The notes beneath the pieces are model-generated. The model was given only the letters and a program-made list of their open reading frames with translations, was not told where the DNA came from and did not search any database. A DNA stretch of 64,000 nucleotides from NCBI GenBank assembly GCA_030704615.1, contig CM060733.1, positions 62,682,001 to 62,746,000 on the forward strand. Direction: 5' to 3'. Made by a program: the position numbers and the translations under genes. This document shows positions 61,785 to 64,000 of the stretch, piece by piece. How positions within the stretch are numbered: position 1 is the first letter of the stretch; each line of letters begins with the position of its first letter. This DNA is from Takakia lepidozioides. Taxonomy: Eukaryota; Plantae; Bryophyta.

Positions 61785-64000
61785 TGATTTGGAGCCAGAA
61801 TTCTTTGAGGAAGCTAAGAGTTTGTTCATCAAATACAGAGATGAATTTGCTTGGAGCTACGAGGATTTAAAAGGGATACCACCTGAGATCTGTCAGCATA
61901 AGATTGAACTAGAACCAAGGTCAGTACCAATCAAACAGGCAAGGTACAGAATGAATCCCAACTATGCACAGAAGGTTGGAGAAGAGATCAAGAAGTTGGC
62001 TGAGGCTAAGTTTATATACCCGATAGAGTATACAACTTGGTTGTCACCCATTGTGATAGTTCCCAAGAAGAATGGTAAACTGAGAGTTTGTGTGAACTAT
62101 AAGAAGTTGAATGCTTGCACGAAGAAATATCATTTTCCCTTGCCATTCACAGAAGCGGTATTGGACACTGTGGCAGGCCATGAGATGTACTCATTCATGG
62201 ATGGTTTCAGTGGTTATAATCAAGTGCAAGTGGCAGAAGAAGACCAGGGAAAGACAGCTTTCATCACAGACTGGGGTGCTTATGCATACAAAGTCATGCC
62301 TTTTGGACTTTGTAATGCACCAGCAACCTTTCAGAGAGTGATAAGTGAATCTTTTCATGAGTATCTGGATGATTTCATGCAGGTGTTCTTGGATGATTTC
62401 AGTGTGTACAGCTCTAAGAATGAGCACTTGCATAAATTGGAGTTATGTTTGGCCAGATGCAGGATGAGAGGTCTGGGCCTGAATCCAGAGAAGTGTACTT
62501 TCTGTGTGAACTCAGGGGTGCTTCTGGGACACATTGTGTGTAAGAGGGGACTTCTTGTGGATCCCAGGAAGACAGAGGCCATTAAAGCCTCTCCACCACC
62601 AATAAATGTTAAGAGTCTAAGGAGATTCCTTGGACAAACCAGTTATTACAGAAGATTTGTCAAAAGGTATGCACAGATAGCAGCACCATTGAGCAAGCTT
62701 CTGAAGAAAGATGCAGTGTTTGCATGGACAGCTGAATGTCAACAGGCTTTTGAGGAACTTACATTGTCAGTAACAACTACACCTGTGCTGATTAACCCTC
62801 ACTGGCATGTAGTATTTCATGTTCACTGTGATGCCTCAGGAGAAGCGTTGGGAGCGGTGTTAGCCCAAAATGTTACAAGAAATATAGATTCACCTGTGTA
62901 CTATGCTAGCAGGTTGATGAATAGTGCTGAAAGGAACTATAGCACAACTGAAAGAGAAGCACTGGCAATGATTTATGCAGTCAAGAAATTCAGGCATTAC
63001 CTATTGGGAAGAAAGTTTATGTTTTATGTGGATCACTAGGCTCTGATATATCTGGTGAACAAACCTTTGATAAGTGGAAGGATAGCAAGGTGGTTAATAA
63101 TCTTGCACGAGTTTGAGTTCGAAGTTGTTTACAAGCCTGGCCATTTGCATCTTGTGGCAGATCATTTGTCACGCCTAACAACAGGAGAGCCCGCCACAGG
63201 AGTAGACGACCAATTACCTGATGCGAGTTTATTTGCAATGGAGGTGTAGGGAAGTGCAGATGAATGGTTAGATTGGCAGTGGCCAATCAGATACTACCTT
63301 ACTCATGGTCAGTGCCCACCTGATAAGGAGCAGAGGAAGAGAATCGCTATCAAGGCTTTACCCTATACTATGGTAGGGGGCAGAATGTATAAGCTAGGAC
63401 CTGATGGAGTACTTAAACGATGCTTGTACCACCATGAAGTAAATAAAGTTTTGGAGGAAGTTCATAAAGGAGTGGCTGGAGGTCATTTTGGAGAAGAGAC
63501 TACCAGTAGGAAGATACTACTTGCAGGTTACTGGTGGCCTACTTTGTTCAAAGATGTACACAAGTATTGTCAGAGTTGTGATGAATGTCAGAGGCTAGGA
63601 CCTTTGCACAGATCTGGGAAGATGGCTTTGCATCCTACGATGCCTACTGAACCATTTCAGAAATGGGGATTAGACTTTGTTGGACCAATTAGCCCACCAG
63701 CCAAGAATACACAGAACAAGTACATAATTACAGTCACTGATTATACTACGAAGTGGGTGGAAGCTTAAGCTTTGAGGGACAACACAGCCAAGTCCACAGC
63801 AAAGTTCCTATATGAGAACATACTTACACGATTTGGCTGTCCCCTGGAATTTATCAGTGACCTAGGAAGTCACTTCATTAATGAGACCATTGAACTATTG
63901 ACTAAAGAGTTCATGATTGTGCATAGGAAGAGTACAACATATTACCCACAGGGTAATGGGCAGGCAGAGGCTACCAACAAAATACTATGTACTATCTTGG
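61785..64000 (+). pseudogene. Ty3/Gypsy pol remnant (RT, RNase H, integrase), different family, with in-frame stops
   Basis: [60 protein letters not shown]...CQSCDEC and WGLDFVGP. Stops at 63039, 63249 and 63768. The 5' end is cut by the TIR element. Confidence 0.92.

Overview
Eukaryotic, repeat-rich land-plant DNA. Spliceosomal introns, PLS/DYW PPR fragments and a plant-type MSH6 support this; a non-seed plant is plausible but is inference. One intact host gene is present: a ~20-exon MSH6 on the minus strand (25887-35210). It is surrounded by decayed mobile DNA: a Helitron-type helicase/endonuclease remnant, PPR gene debris, a LINE fragment and three Ty3/Gypsy elements, one of them a chromovirus with LTRs, PBS and PPT. 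The main discovery candidate is a family of large TIR DNA transposons with three substantial copies in two diverged subfamilies (7531-16030; 36583-~57780; ~57790-61784) plus a fragment at ~17740-18975. Each pairs a Mutator-like DDE/SWIM transposase with a divergently transcribed, intron-containing cargo gene. That gene's product has a ParB/Sulfiredoxin-like domain (DGNHR) and a C-terminal beta-class N6-adenine/N4-cytosine DNA methyltransferase-like fold (DIPD ... LD(L/V)TxxTG ... R(H/F)VFxFE). The elements also carry two other unknown conserved ORFs. Their introns and subterminal regions are filled with tandem arrays of a ~16-bp palindrome (ATTTCGGCGCCGAAAT and variants), a candidate binding or methylation site. 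The second subfamily copy is locally scrambled by two in-place inversions and a circularly permuted fragment of a host plastid GNAT gene. All family assignments come from motif recognition by eye, not from database searches.
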